From assembly GCF_004010195.1 (NCBI RefSeq), contig NC_057718.1, positions 22,418,963 through 22,482,962 of the forward strand: DNA of 64,000 nucleotides, written 5' to 3'. The position numbers and the translations under genes were made by a program. Under the pieces are notes generated by a model. That model worked only from the letters and a program-made list of their open reading frames with translations, was not told where the DNA came from and did no database searches. Shown here piece by piece: positions 38,493 to 50,197 of the stretch (positions within the stretch are counted from its first letter, which is position 1; every line of letters begins with the position of its first letter). Source of the stretch: Chiloscyllium plagiosum. Its lineage: Eukaryota.

Positions 38493-39132
38493 TAATAGAT
38501 TTAAAATGTTTTACAAAAGAATCAAATGTGAAGTGAGAAGAAACCATTCCCCATAGCAAGTAGTTAGGATATGGAATGCGCTGCCTGGAAATGTGGTGGA
38601 GGAATATTTAATTGATGCATTCATGAGGAGATTGGATGATTATTTAAATCAAAGCAGTTTTCAGAGTTATGGCGAAAACGCAGGAGATATGTAAGTCAAC
38701 TGCTCAGAGAACCAATGTAGGCATGATGGGCCAAATGGCCTCCTCCTGCTCTGTAACAATTCAGTGATGTTGTCCTTTAGTGTTTTCCTAAATCTAGTGC
38801 ATATTTGATCTTGAAAACTAGAAAACTGACATCACCCTTCTCAAATCTCCACTAACTGTGATTGATTTTTAATTTTATGATGTTTGCTCTGAGAAAAATG
38901 TTTCCTGCTTTTTGATACCTTAAAAAAAAACAAATTATCTTTTATAGTATATTGGTCTGATGGTAGTTTAGAACCAATGTGAAAGCTTACAGTGCTACAG
39001 AGTGTTTGGCTACCAGTGGTTTTGGTTTTGTAATATAAATAGTACACAAATTACCGAGGTGTGAATTTTCACAAAAGAAAGAGGAACTGATTTGGGAAAA
39101 TCCTGTCCACTTTCCTGCTGTGCTGGCATTTT

Positions 39133-39445
39133 TAGGTTAGATTCCCTACAGTGTGGAAACATGCCCTTTGCCCAACAAGTCCACACCGATCCTCCAAAGA
39201 GGATCCCACCCAAACCCATTTCTCTCTGGCTAATGCATCTAACACTGTGGGCAATTTAGCATGGCCAATTCACCTAACTGCACATCTTTGGACTGTGGGA
39301 GGAAACCAGAGTATCTGGAGGAAACCCACGCAGAATAGGGGAGAATGTGCAAGCTCCACACAGACAGTCGCCCAAGGCTAGAATTGAACCTGGGACCCTG
39401 GTGCTGTGAGGTAGCAGTGCTAACCACTGAGCCACTGTGCTGCCC
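39133..39445 (-). mobile_element. HE1-type SINE
   Basis: Matches the consensus across its length. Confidence 0.88.
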
Positions 39446-41869
39446 CACTCTGTCAGTGCATGTTTTGAGTGCAGCTAAGAGAGCCACATCCTACATTCTC
39501 TTCCTGGTCAGCCAAGTATGGTAAGGGGTTGGGGAAAAGGAGAGAGTATAGCACCTCTGACCATCCTCTTACTTTTCCCAACTTGAGTTTCCCCAGGTAG
39601 TAAAAATCCAACTGAAGTGTCTACCAGCATTTAGCCTAACTGGTCTCCATGCTGGTGTTTATCCTCCATAAAAGCATCCTTTCCCCTCTCTTCAGCTAAA
39701 CCTGTCAGTGCAATTTCCTATTCCTTTATCTACTATGTTTGTCCAGAATCTCTTTAGATGCAGTTGTTAGAAATCCTTTTTTCTTTCTATCCTTCTGATG
39801 GCAGTGGTGAAATGGCATAATGACTTCTGAAAAAAGCACAACTGGTCCCACACCTAGATTAACACCAGTTCCAGTCAACCATGTATTGAAGAATTGTAAC
39901 ATCATTCAGAACTTAACAACAGTAGCGCAGTGGTATTATTGAGAGAACATGGGAACAACAATATCGGTGTGTGATGAATTGTGTGCATTGAGTGCATGAA
40001 TTGGTGCAAATGGAACAGTCAACATTGATGATATCTCAAAGCACTTGCAATACAATGTTATATGTGTATAAGTTCCTCACCCCTCCCCAAAGCCTGGTTG
40101 AAAATGAGATGGAGGCTGAGTCTTAGAAATCTGTGCTGAAATTAGGTGGATGGAAAGGCAACACAGTCACATTTGGTGATAAGGTCACTGCAGATGAGTA
40201 TTTGGATCAATGTATGTTGTTGGGATTAAGTCTCTTTCATGAGCTAGTATTTGTTATGTGATGGGGATGAGCCATGGAATGGAAGTCTGTACTGTCCTTT
40301 TCAGTGTTGATTGTCCTTAACTGTTGTGCCATACCAGTGATCTGGACATAGTCATAGTAAAGTAATTCCAACACTTCATTCATACTATATATGCGACTGT
40401 GGTCTAATAGAGAGCTGCTTCTCTAACAGTCTCCATTTCACACCCTCTGCCTGAGTGAACACTCTATTTCATCATCACATCATCAAGTTACATCACTGTC
40501 AGATTTACGTTAACCCCACACTCTTGAATAATTCTCTCCACTTTCCCTCTTTCCTAACACAATGTAGAATTGCATAGAATTTACACCAGAGGATCATGCC
40601 ATTTAGTCCATAGCTGGTCAATATTTTACACATTCTCTCTTTGCCCCCAACCCTGCCCTCACCAATTTACATTTCATCCTATCAGTACACTCTTCTATAA
40701 ATTCCTTGCCTATAAGCTTATCTAGTTGCCCTTTAAATGCACCAATGCTCTTCAACTCAATAATAGCGATCATTCCACATTCTAACCATTCTCTGGGTAA
40801 GCACATTTCTTTTCAATTCCTCATTGGATTCACTAGTGACTAAAGTAAATGCAAGTCCTCTTATGTTCATTGCCCTTCCCACAAATAAAAACCTCTTGAT
40901 ATGAATAAACCAAGAACTGAATAGCAAATCCAAAACAAAGATTTGCATATTTTTTTTTTAAAAAATGAGGCTTTTAACAGAAATGGCAGTATAATTCCTG
41001 GGTTTCAAATTCATGGTCTTGTGATTAGTCCTTCTATTAGTTTGCAGCCTTTGAACATATTCTTGTGTATCTTTTATCTTTCATGTTGAAGTCCCTATGC
41101 CTCCCTCCTTGGATTGGCTCATGTAATGCAATTTGATATTCCCATGAAAATTGTTTGCAGCTCTGTCTTTTTGCTTTGTGGGCATGAGATTTTATATTAC
41201 GAAGGGCTGTCAATGTTCATCTTCAAATAACAAATGGACATGCATATTATGCAGCAGAAATAAAGGAAATGTTGCCAGTATAAGTGACAAAATGTTGAAT
41301 ATTTAATGTTCAGACAAGCTGGAGGCTCTACCAGCACAGAAGTCTAGAGAGCATTTCTGCAGTAATTTTATTATGATCTCATTATTTGTTTTTGCCTTTC
41401 ATAATTTTTATTTTGTTTTGTTTGTTTTAGCATGTCAGGGTCAAAGAAATGTAGTTCTGAGAAATGGAAAACTTACAGTTTGAATCCTGCCCATCAGGAT
41501 GAAAGCAAGTTTTATATTTGTACAACAATCAAAGTACAGTGGACACAATTCTTTTGAGAGTAATTGTTATTCTAAAGTAGGAAACATGGCAGCCAAATTG
41601 CACATACTATAGTTAGCAACAATGCTTGGCATTGATATGGTGCCTTTATGAATTTGTTCCAGCAAGGCCAGCATTTGTATCCTATTCCTAATTGCCCTTG
41701 AATCAAGTTGCTTGCTAGACCATTTCAGAGGGCAGCTAAGAATCAGCCATGTTGCTGTGGATCTCAAGTCACATGCAGACTAGACCAGGAAAAGATGACA
41801 GATTTCCTTCCCTAAAAGACATGAATGAAGCAGATGAATTTCCACAACAATTGATTATAGTCTATTGGT

Positions 41870-42090
41870 TGAAACTTTATTGCTGGAACAGCACAGCAGG
41901 TCAGGCAGCATCCAGGGAACAGGAGATTCGACGTTTCGGGCACAGGCCCTTCTTCAGGCCCTGAAGAAGGGCCTGTGCCCGAAACGTCGAATCTCCTGTT
42001 CCCTGGATGCTGCCTGACCTGCTGTGCTGTTCCAGCAATAAAGTTTCAACTTTGATCTCCAGCATCTGCAGACCTCACTTTCTCCTCGAA
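41870..42090. mobile_element. Penelope fold-back mini-element, family A, with a perfect palindrome
   Basis: 91-bp perfect inverted arms at 41868-41958 and 41960-42050. 17-bp TSD gattatagtctattggt at 41853-41869 and 42091-42107. Confidence 0.93.
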
Positions 42091-42479
42091 GATTATAGTC
42101 TATTGGTCACTATTACTGTGTCTAACTTTTAATTCTAAACCTTATTAATTGAATTTAAGTTCTACTGGCGACTGTAGTAAGGGGTTCTTGTATAACAGTG
42201 GGACTGTCCCTATCTCTGGACTAGGAGGTCTGGTTCAAGTCCCACCTGCACCAGAGCTATGTAATAATAAATCTGAAAAGGTTGATTCATAATAATTTTA
42301 AAAAGCAGTGAGCGTGGTCAGATTCTAATGAAGTAAATACATTCAAAAGTATTCCCCAAGGGCATTATCAAGTCAAATTTGAGGCCAAATCATAGAAGGT
42401 GAGATCATGTGACCTGTCTTGGTCAAACAGGAATGTTTGCAGGAATGACTGGCATTAGTTTGAAATAATAGAGTGATTA

Positions 42480-43380
42480 GCCAATGGGGAACTTCAAACC
42501 AGCGTCTACAAAAAGACAACAAATACAGACCAAATATTGAACTACAGAAGCAATTATCCCAACACCCACAAACGAAGCTGCATCAGAACATTATTTCAAT
42601 GAGCCAACACACACTGCAGCACAGTGGAACTTCGCAGAGCAGAGGAAAATCACCTATAGCTTGTATTCAAAAAGAATGGGTACCCAATGAACACAGTCTG
42701 CCGATTTCTCAGCAACAAACCCAAACAAGCAGACAAAACCCATCCAGAAACCCTAGCCACTCTTCCCTACATCAAAGACATCTCGAAAATGACTGCCAGA
42801 CTACTCAGACCTCTTGGCATCATGGTAGCCCACAATCCCACCAACACACTAAAACCTCAGCTAATGAACGTAAAAGACCCTATACAGACAATGAGCAAAA
42901 CTAATGTCATTTACAAAATACCGTGCAAGGACTGTAACAAACACTATACTGAACAAACAGGCAGAAAACTAGCCATCAGGATACATGAACACCAACTAGC
43001 CACAAAAAGACATGACCCTTTCTCACTAGTATCCTCACATACTGATGAGATAGGACACCACTTCGACTGGGACAATACATGCATCCTAGGACAAGCCAAA
43101 CAAAGACGCGCATGAGAATTCCTAGGAGAATGGCATTCCAATTGGAACTCTATCAACAACACATCAAGTTCGACCCCATCTACCACCCCCCGAGAAAAGG
43201 AACAGGAAGTGACTTCACCACAGGAAATGACATCACCAACCCAAAAAAACCAAACACACAAATAGAAAGCAGGGACTTTCAGCTTTGTTTCACATGAGGT
43301 TCACTGAAGATGTTACCTAGTAAGGTAACGAAACGTCTGGAAATGAACCTTTCAGCTCAGCGAGCAAACCTACATTCAAT
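42480..43380 (+). mobile_element. 5'-truncated Penelope (Poseidon-like) element, family D
   Basis: Encodes LQTSVYKKTTNTDQILNYRSNYPNTHKRSCIRTLF*...KNGYP (RT thumb), LPYIKDISK, and NVIYKIPCKDCNKHYTEQTGRKLAIRIHEH (GIY-YIG). In-frame stops present. Confidence 0.9.
43298..43349 (+). ncRNA. Minimal hammerhead ribozyme motif, intact core
   Basis: ttca-CTGAAGA-t-GTTACC tagtaa GGTAAC-GAAA-cg-TC-tgga, with a 6-bp stem II. Predicted cleavage after C43337. Confidence 0.8.
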
Positions 43381-43934
43381 ATGACCGTGATTGGAAAAAC
43401 TGTTTCAATGATGCTGGTTTAGGGATAAAAACTGACCAAGATATTGGGTGAACTTTCCTACTGTTCATCAAACTAATGCCACAGGATCTTCTGGGAGGCC
43501 TGACGAGACTTGTTTAAAGTCTCATCAGAAAGCTGCAATGTGGTACTCCTTTTGAGCTTCATTGAAGTGTAGATCATGTACATTAAGTCTCTAGAAAATG
43601 TATACAAGTCTCTGGGGTGGGTCTCAAGCTCACGATTGAGAGTGTTCCCACTGTAAGGTAAAAGGTAAAGAGGTCTTTCACCTCAAACTGGCTATTTTGA
43701 ATCTGTAGCACTCCATCAATGTTTTGCTTTGTTAAGAATAAAAATTTTAAAAAGTGAAGAACAAACAGTGTACAAGGAATGAACATAAAACATATGAAGG
43801 ATCTTACAGACGTGCTATCAGGATGTGCTGTGATTATGAAAAGAGCAGAGGATTTTAGGAAATGCTTCAGTCAGAAATTGTATGCTGAACTGTAGGTTAG
43901 TTCTGGATTGTAATTTCCAACAGGTTTCAGTTAA

Positions 43935-44525
43935 GAACATACAAAAAAGGAGCAAAAGTAGACCATTCATCCTTCAAGTGTTCTACCATTCAGTAGAATC
44001 ATGGTTGACCTGTTTTGTGTTTTGAATTCCACACTCCAGTCTATATCAGATAACCTTATATTCTCCTGCCAGATAAGAACCCATCCATTCCTGATGAGGA
44101 GCTTATGCTCGAAACATCGACTCTCCTGCTCTTTGGATGCTGCCTGACCAGCTGTGCTTTTCCAGCACCACACTTTTTGACTCTGATCTTCAGCATCTAC
44201 AGTCCTCACTTTCTCCTCCTCCAAGACTCCATCCAGTTATGCCTTAAATATATTCAGTGACCCAGCCTCCATCACCTTCTAAGGTCAAGAGTTTAAAAGT
44301 GGTTAAACCCTCTGAGAGATGTCTCTGTCCTGAAAGGATGACCCCTAATTTTAAAACGGTGCCTCCCAGTCCTGGACTCACCCACAAGAGGAAGCATCAT
44401 TTCTACTTCCACCTTGTCAAGACCATTTAGGGTCTTATAGACTTCAATCAACTCACTCCTCACTCTTCTAAACTCCAAATCCAGCCTGTCCACACTCTCC
44501 TTCTATGACAATCTGCTCATTCTAG
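43935..44525 (-). mobile_element. CR1 3' relic interrupted by a Penelope pLTR
   Basis: Encodes LEFRRVRSELIEVYKTLNGLDKVEVEMMLPLVGESRTGRHRFKIRG. Confidence 0.8.
44088..44222 (+). mobile_element. Solo Penelope pLTR end starting at the hammerhead, family A
   Basis: ttcCTGATGAgGAGCttatGCTCGAAAcaTCgact. Imperfect TSD aaga(ac/ct)ccatcca. Confidence 0.8.
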
Positions 44526-45129
44526 GAAATTTTCTGCCTGTTCTTGATAAAAGCAAGCCTTTTTTATTTTAATAGCAAAGTTCCCAGTGTCCTCAAGTAA
44601 AAGGAAAATTGTACAGATGCTGCAAGTTCAAAATAAAAGTATGCCCCTTCTTTCCCTGACAGCATAGAGCAGAGCTGCTAGAAAGTACTCTGTAAAGCGT
44701 GGTGCAATCTTTTTCTTAGTTTATGACATTTCCATAGGGGAGTAGGCAGGTAACTCCTGTGATACATCTGGTTTACAGTGAGTACGGGGGTGGTCAGGAA
44801 GCTCAAAAGTACACTGTCCAAACCTTCAACCCCCAGAATGGTCCAACAAGAGCAAGAGGTTGCTACTTGCAGTGCCAGCTACCCCCTCAGAAAGTGACAT
44901 TTAACCCCTACATCCATCTCTTTCTCTCTCAAGATGACTCCTTGTTTATCGAATCAGGTTGTGGAAGGTGCAGCAAACTCTACCATGCCTGTATCAGACT
45001 CTCTTTCTCAGATGTCCTGTGTTGCTCTGTCTGACTAGTCCAGACAGTATCTGAATCTCAATGTCACGAGGCCAATGGTCTGGTCTATAATGACTCTTGA
45101 GGAATCACGTGTATGTCTCCTTGGCATCA

Positions 45130-45671
45130 TCTGAGAATTTCTGACGGGTATTGTCAGTCAGGTCTTGCCACCAGCCAATCATCCCTGTATATGCTGAGGA
45201 CATTGTTCAGCTCTTGTGGTCACAGGTGAACTACTCCTCAGGCAGTAGAATCTGTCCCTAATTTATGAACACGCCTGGTTGTTGATGAGGCTTTCTGCTG
45301 TGTGGGTGCAGTTGGTTGCACCCTGCCGTGCCTCCCAGCATCCAAGGGGTAGCTAATGAATTGGTGCACTTTAATGAATAGAGCACCAGTGACATCCTGG
45401 ATACATTCATGAACAGATGTCTATGAGATTGCACAGAGATCCCCAGTGGCTCCCTCGAATGACCCACTCGCACTGCAATTGACAGCCACTGTCTCCTTCA
45501 GTGGATTGGGATTCCCTCCTAGACCATGAGGGTGCAGGGGCTGAACCAATAGCTGGCAGATATAAGAGACAGCTTCCCCAGACATTTTGAAGCATCTCCC
45601 TTCTGCCTGTTGCATACAGGTGTGTTGAACCTGCTTCGGGGCCAATGATCGCTGTCTGTGGTGGCCCCTGC
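45130..45671 (-). pseudogene. Fossil PIF/Harbinger (HARBI1-like) transposase
   Basis: Minus strand, across frameshifts: MSGEAVSYICQLL...ASGSFEGATGDLCAIS*TSVHECIQDVTGALF...GATNCTH...PGVFIN. This parallels Harbinger ASGSFQ..GDLCGISQ.SVHRCI..VT.AL...GAIDCTH...FINRKG. Confidence 0.65.
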
Positions 45672-46697
45672 AGGCTTGGAGGGATATGGGCCAAGTGCTG
45701 GCAAATGGGGACTGGATTAGGTTAGATATCTCATTAGCATAGACCGAAGGGTCTGTTTCTGTGCTGTACATCTCTATACCTCAATATACTAAGACACCCA
45801 GATCCCTCTGTCCCTCAGTGTTCTACAATCTCTCTTCATTTAAACAATATCTTTTTTGTCTATTCTGTCACAAAGCTGGTCCACTTTTTCTAAAAGCTGT
45901 TACTTTTCTCAAGGATACTGTGTCCTTGGCTTTTTTCAGAGGGGTCATGAACATCTCCCAGTGCTGATTAGACTGGTTTAGTACAGAGACTAAAGGGTTT
46001 TGAGAGGCCTTTCTGTTTTTATGTAAACAAATGAGACTTCAGACCAAAGCGGTCATGTTTTCAAAGTGACCTGTGTAATGAAAGGGGAGTGGTCAGCTCT
46101 CTAGCCATCTCATATAGTCATCTAGATGCCTTTAAAATGTTGTAATTGTACCAAACTCCACCACTTCCTCTGGCGGCTCATTCCATACATGCACCACCCT
46201 CAGCGTGAAAAAGTTGCCCCTTAGGTCCCTTTTAAATTTTTCCCCTCTCACCCTAAACCTATGCCGTCTAGTTCTGGACTCCCCAAGCCTGGGGAAAAGA
46301 CCTTGTCTATTTACCCTATTCATGGTCCTCATGATTTTATAAACCTCTATAAGGTCACCCCTCAGCCTCCAACGCTCTAGGGAAAATAGCCCCAGCCTGT
46401 TCGGCCTCTATCGCTCAACCCCGCAACCCTGGCAACATCCTTGTAAATCTTTTCTGATCCCTTTCAAGTTTCACAACATCTTCTGATAGGAGGGAGACCA
46501 GAATTGCACACAATATTCCAAAAGCGGCCTAACCAATTTCCTGTACATCCGCGATATGACACAGAAAACGGAACCGATGCTTACAGGTTGAAGTTAGAAG
46601 GGGCAGAAAGAGAGCGAGTTTCCACACAGCTCACTGATGAACTCCTAACTAGTTCGGGACTGAACTGCTTAGCTAGAGAGCTTGGCCCATATCCCTC
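45672..46697. repeat. Rearranged local duplicate of 55200-56222
   Basis: Shares TE-TE junctions with the source locus. One block is inverted and two are direct (see findings). Confidence 0.85.
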
Positions 46698-47749
46698 TGC
46701 CGGCAAAGCTCCCTCCTGCTGCTGTTCTGTGTTGCTATAGGCCACCTCAGCTGGTATCGCTTGTAGTTGCTTCTGTGATTCAAGGTTGATGTCAGCTATT
46801 ATGTTTTTGGTTTGAGGAGAAAGTAATCTTTCCCTTACACCATGCCCTGCCAGCCTGCCCCATCATGCCTTGGGGAATATGTCACCAGCATGGTTATCCA
46901 CCTGGTCTATTCTCCAACCAACACGAGTATTCTGGAAAGTGGTATCCTATGTGGTTTCAGAGGACAGCTCCATGTGAGCACCATGCCTAGGGTACTGCAT
47001 GCATCTGAGTGCACCTTTTTTGTTAGTGTTTGAACATCCATTGAAACTTTTTGGCAGATAAAATATTTACTTCTTCTTTGACACATGAACTGTGTATCCT
47101 CTCCTGGCAGATATAAGAGACAGCTTCCCCGGACATTTTGAAGCATCTCCCTTCTGCCTGTCGCATACAGGTGTGTTGAACCTGCTTCGTAGTCTTTGTG
47201 TGCTGGCCACGCCGATGGAGACCCAGAAGTGTCTCAGGCCACTGTGTGCACGAATCTTCTTCAATCTTCTTTAATATCCTCACCCAGTTGGTTGTCCAGG
47301 CCATTGGCCAAGACCCGGCTGTATTTTCCAATGTTCACGTCGTTCTGCCTGTTCAAGAAACAGTTGGGAATATGGTAACAAAGTGGCTTCTGCATGATTG
47401 TGATAATTCGCTACTCCTGATGTCATGATGGTGACAGTGGTCTCTTGGTCTGGAAAGCATACCTTTCCTTTCTGCTCCTTTTCAGCTTGCCTTCAGGAAG
47501 CTTGAAGCAGAACTCTTTGAATATAGCCTTGACACTGGAAGTACTAGCATCTGTGCCACCCTTCCCTTTGTGTGGCTGTGGCATTGAACTTGCAGTCGTT
47601 GTGATGACTGATGAAGCAGCTTCTAGATTGGATGTCCCTCCCTCACTGTATTGCTGACTGTATTCCTGAGACATCAGGACATGGTGATCAGACCATGATG
47701 TATTTTGGTTCCATTATTCTGTGGGACCTGTTTGGAATTTGTAAAAGTA

Positions 47750-48998
47750 CTTGATTGATTGATTAATTGTCATGTGTACCAACGTACAGGTATAGTGAAA
47801 AGCTTTGTTTATGAGCAGAACAGGCAGATCATAGAAAGCAAGGATGTGCAGAATAAAAGAGATTGACGGAGGCATACTGGTAACATTGCACAGGGTGTAC
47901 AAGAGAGATCAACATTAGTAAGATCAGCATTATTTGAAGCCAGACTGTCCATTCAATAGTTTAATAATGACCGGAAAGAAGCTATCTTGGAACCTACTGA
48001 TGCAGGTGTTCAGGCTTCTGTATCTTCTGCTTGTTGGAAGCGGTGGTAGGAGATTATTACCAGGTCTTTGATGATGTTGGCAGCCTTTCTGTGACAGTGA
48101 GCTGTGTAAATAGAGTCCATGGATGGAATGTTGGCTCTCCTTGATGGCCTGGGCTGTGCACACCACCCTCTGTAGTTTCCTACGATCCCGGGCAGAGCTG
48201 TTGCCATATCAGGCTGTTATGCACCCGGACAGTATGCTTTCAATTGTGTATCTGTAGAAGTTGGTGAGGGTCCTTATGGACATGCTAAATTTCCTGAGCT
48301 GCCTGAAGAAGAAGCATTGCTGTGTCTTCTTGACTGCAACTACATGGGAAGATGAGGACAGGTTGTCTGAGGAACTTGTCACCTTTAGACCTCAGTTCCG
48401 TTGATGTAGATGGGAGCATGCTCTCCTTTTTTCCTAAAGTCAGTGGTCAGTTCTTTAGTTTTGCCAATATTGAGAGTAAGATTGTTCTCATTGTACCACA
48501 TCGCCAAGTCCTTTAACCCCGTTCTGTATTTTGACTTGTTGTTGTTAATATCCGTCCTACAATGGTGATGTCGTCAGCAAACTTGTAGATGGCGTTCGTT
48601 CGGAATTTGTCATCAGTCGACTGAGGTCACATCCTTGGGGGGGCTCCAGTGTTGAGTGTTAATGTGGAGGAGGTGCAATTGTCTATCTTCACTGATTGCA
48701 GTCTGTGGGTCAGAAAGCTGAGGATCCAGTTGCAGAGGGCAGAACTGAGACCAACTCACGGAGTTTTCAGATCAGTCTGGACGAAGTAATGGTGTTGAAG
48801 GCGGAGTTGTAGTCTATTAGCAGGAGCCTGATGCAGGTGTCCTTGTTGTCCAGATGCTCCAGGGATGAAAACAGGGCTAAGGATATGGCATTCGCTGTGG
48901 ATCTGTTATGCTGGTAAGCAAATTGTAGGGAATTGAGGCTGGCTGGGAGACTGGAGTTGATATGGGCCATGGGCAGCGTCTTGAAGCACTTCATTATT
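47750..48998 (-). mobile_element. Rex1/Babar-type LINE, 5'-truncated
   Basis: Encodes MKCFKTLPMAHINSSLPASLNSLQFAYQHNRSTANAISLAL...IRLLLIDYNSAFNTI, YKFADDITIVG, and RRYRSLNTCISRFQDSFFP. Confidence 0.85.
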
Positions 48999-49839
48999 AC
49001 TTACCCCAATGCACAGGAATAAGTGACAGATGCTAGGTATGCACCTACATTTACTTTCAGTTGAGAGTCTGAAGCATTGAGTTTCTTGAATGAGATGTTA
49101 AGTAGGAAGGCAGACTTAATTTCAGCAAGTTGTGGTTTTGGTATGTTGCAAACATACGCTTGCCATCTGCTGTTGACATTCTCAACCCAGCAGTTGAGGA
49201 TGGAGGGGGGTAGGAACTTAATCGCTGAAGTTTATCTCAACAGTAAGAACCTGACTTTATTGCCTCTTGCTTGATTAAGTTCACCTGCCTGTCATATTTC
49301 TCACCACCTCTGGGACCAAAAATCTCATTTACTGTCTCGTTGACACCCAGTCCAGTAATTCAGTGAAAAACCTAATTTGTTTCTATTTACTTGGTCTCAC
49401 TGTCTTATACTGTTATCAAATCACCCCCATAATCTCCCTAACTGTAATGAAAATAGCACAATCAGTAATGGGCACGAAATGAGTTTAAACCAGTTTTCAG
49501 GCTAGTAGAGTTTCACCTTGAATTGGGACAGCAATCTTAGTAAGATGCTGCGTGCGTTGGAGATTTTGAGCTCGGAGGAAATATTGGGGCGGCTAGCATT
49601 GTTTTCCTTGGAGCATTGAAGTTGGAGAGGGGGCGAATAAAATTATGAGTGGCATGGATCTGCTGGTTAGGGAGGCACTTTTTCCATTAGTAGAGGGATT
49701 AGAGGCATAGATTTAAGGTAAGCGGCAGAAGGCTAAGAGGAGAGTTGAGGAGATGTTTTTTTCACACCGAGGTTGATAGGAGCCTGGAATTCACTGCCTG
49801 AAAGGATGGTGGAGTCAGATTTCAACATATTCACATAAA

Positions 49840-50197
49840 ATCATTGAGATGTGCAGCACGGAAACAGGCCCTTCGGTCCAACTTGTCCATGCCAACCGGA
49901 CATCCCAACCCAATCTCGTCCCCTTTGCCAGCACTTGGCCCATGTCCCTCCAAACCCTTCCTATTCATATAACCATCCAGATGCCTTTTGAATGTTGCAA
50001 TTGTCCCAGCCTCCACCACTTCCTCTGGCAGCTCATCCCATACATGTACCACCCTCTGCAGTTGCCCCTTTAGATCCCTTTTATATCTTTCCCCTCTCAC
50101 CCTAAACCTATGCCGTCTAGTTCTGGACTCACCCACCCCAGGGAAAAGACTTTGTCCGTTTATCCTATCAATGCCCCTCATGATTTTATAAACCTCC
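49840..50197 (-). mobile_element. HER1/CR1 3' end nested in an older + strand CR1 relic (49540-50300)
   Basis: Encodes EVYKIMRGIDRINGQSLFPGVGESRTRRHRFRVRGERY. Confidence 0.85.
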
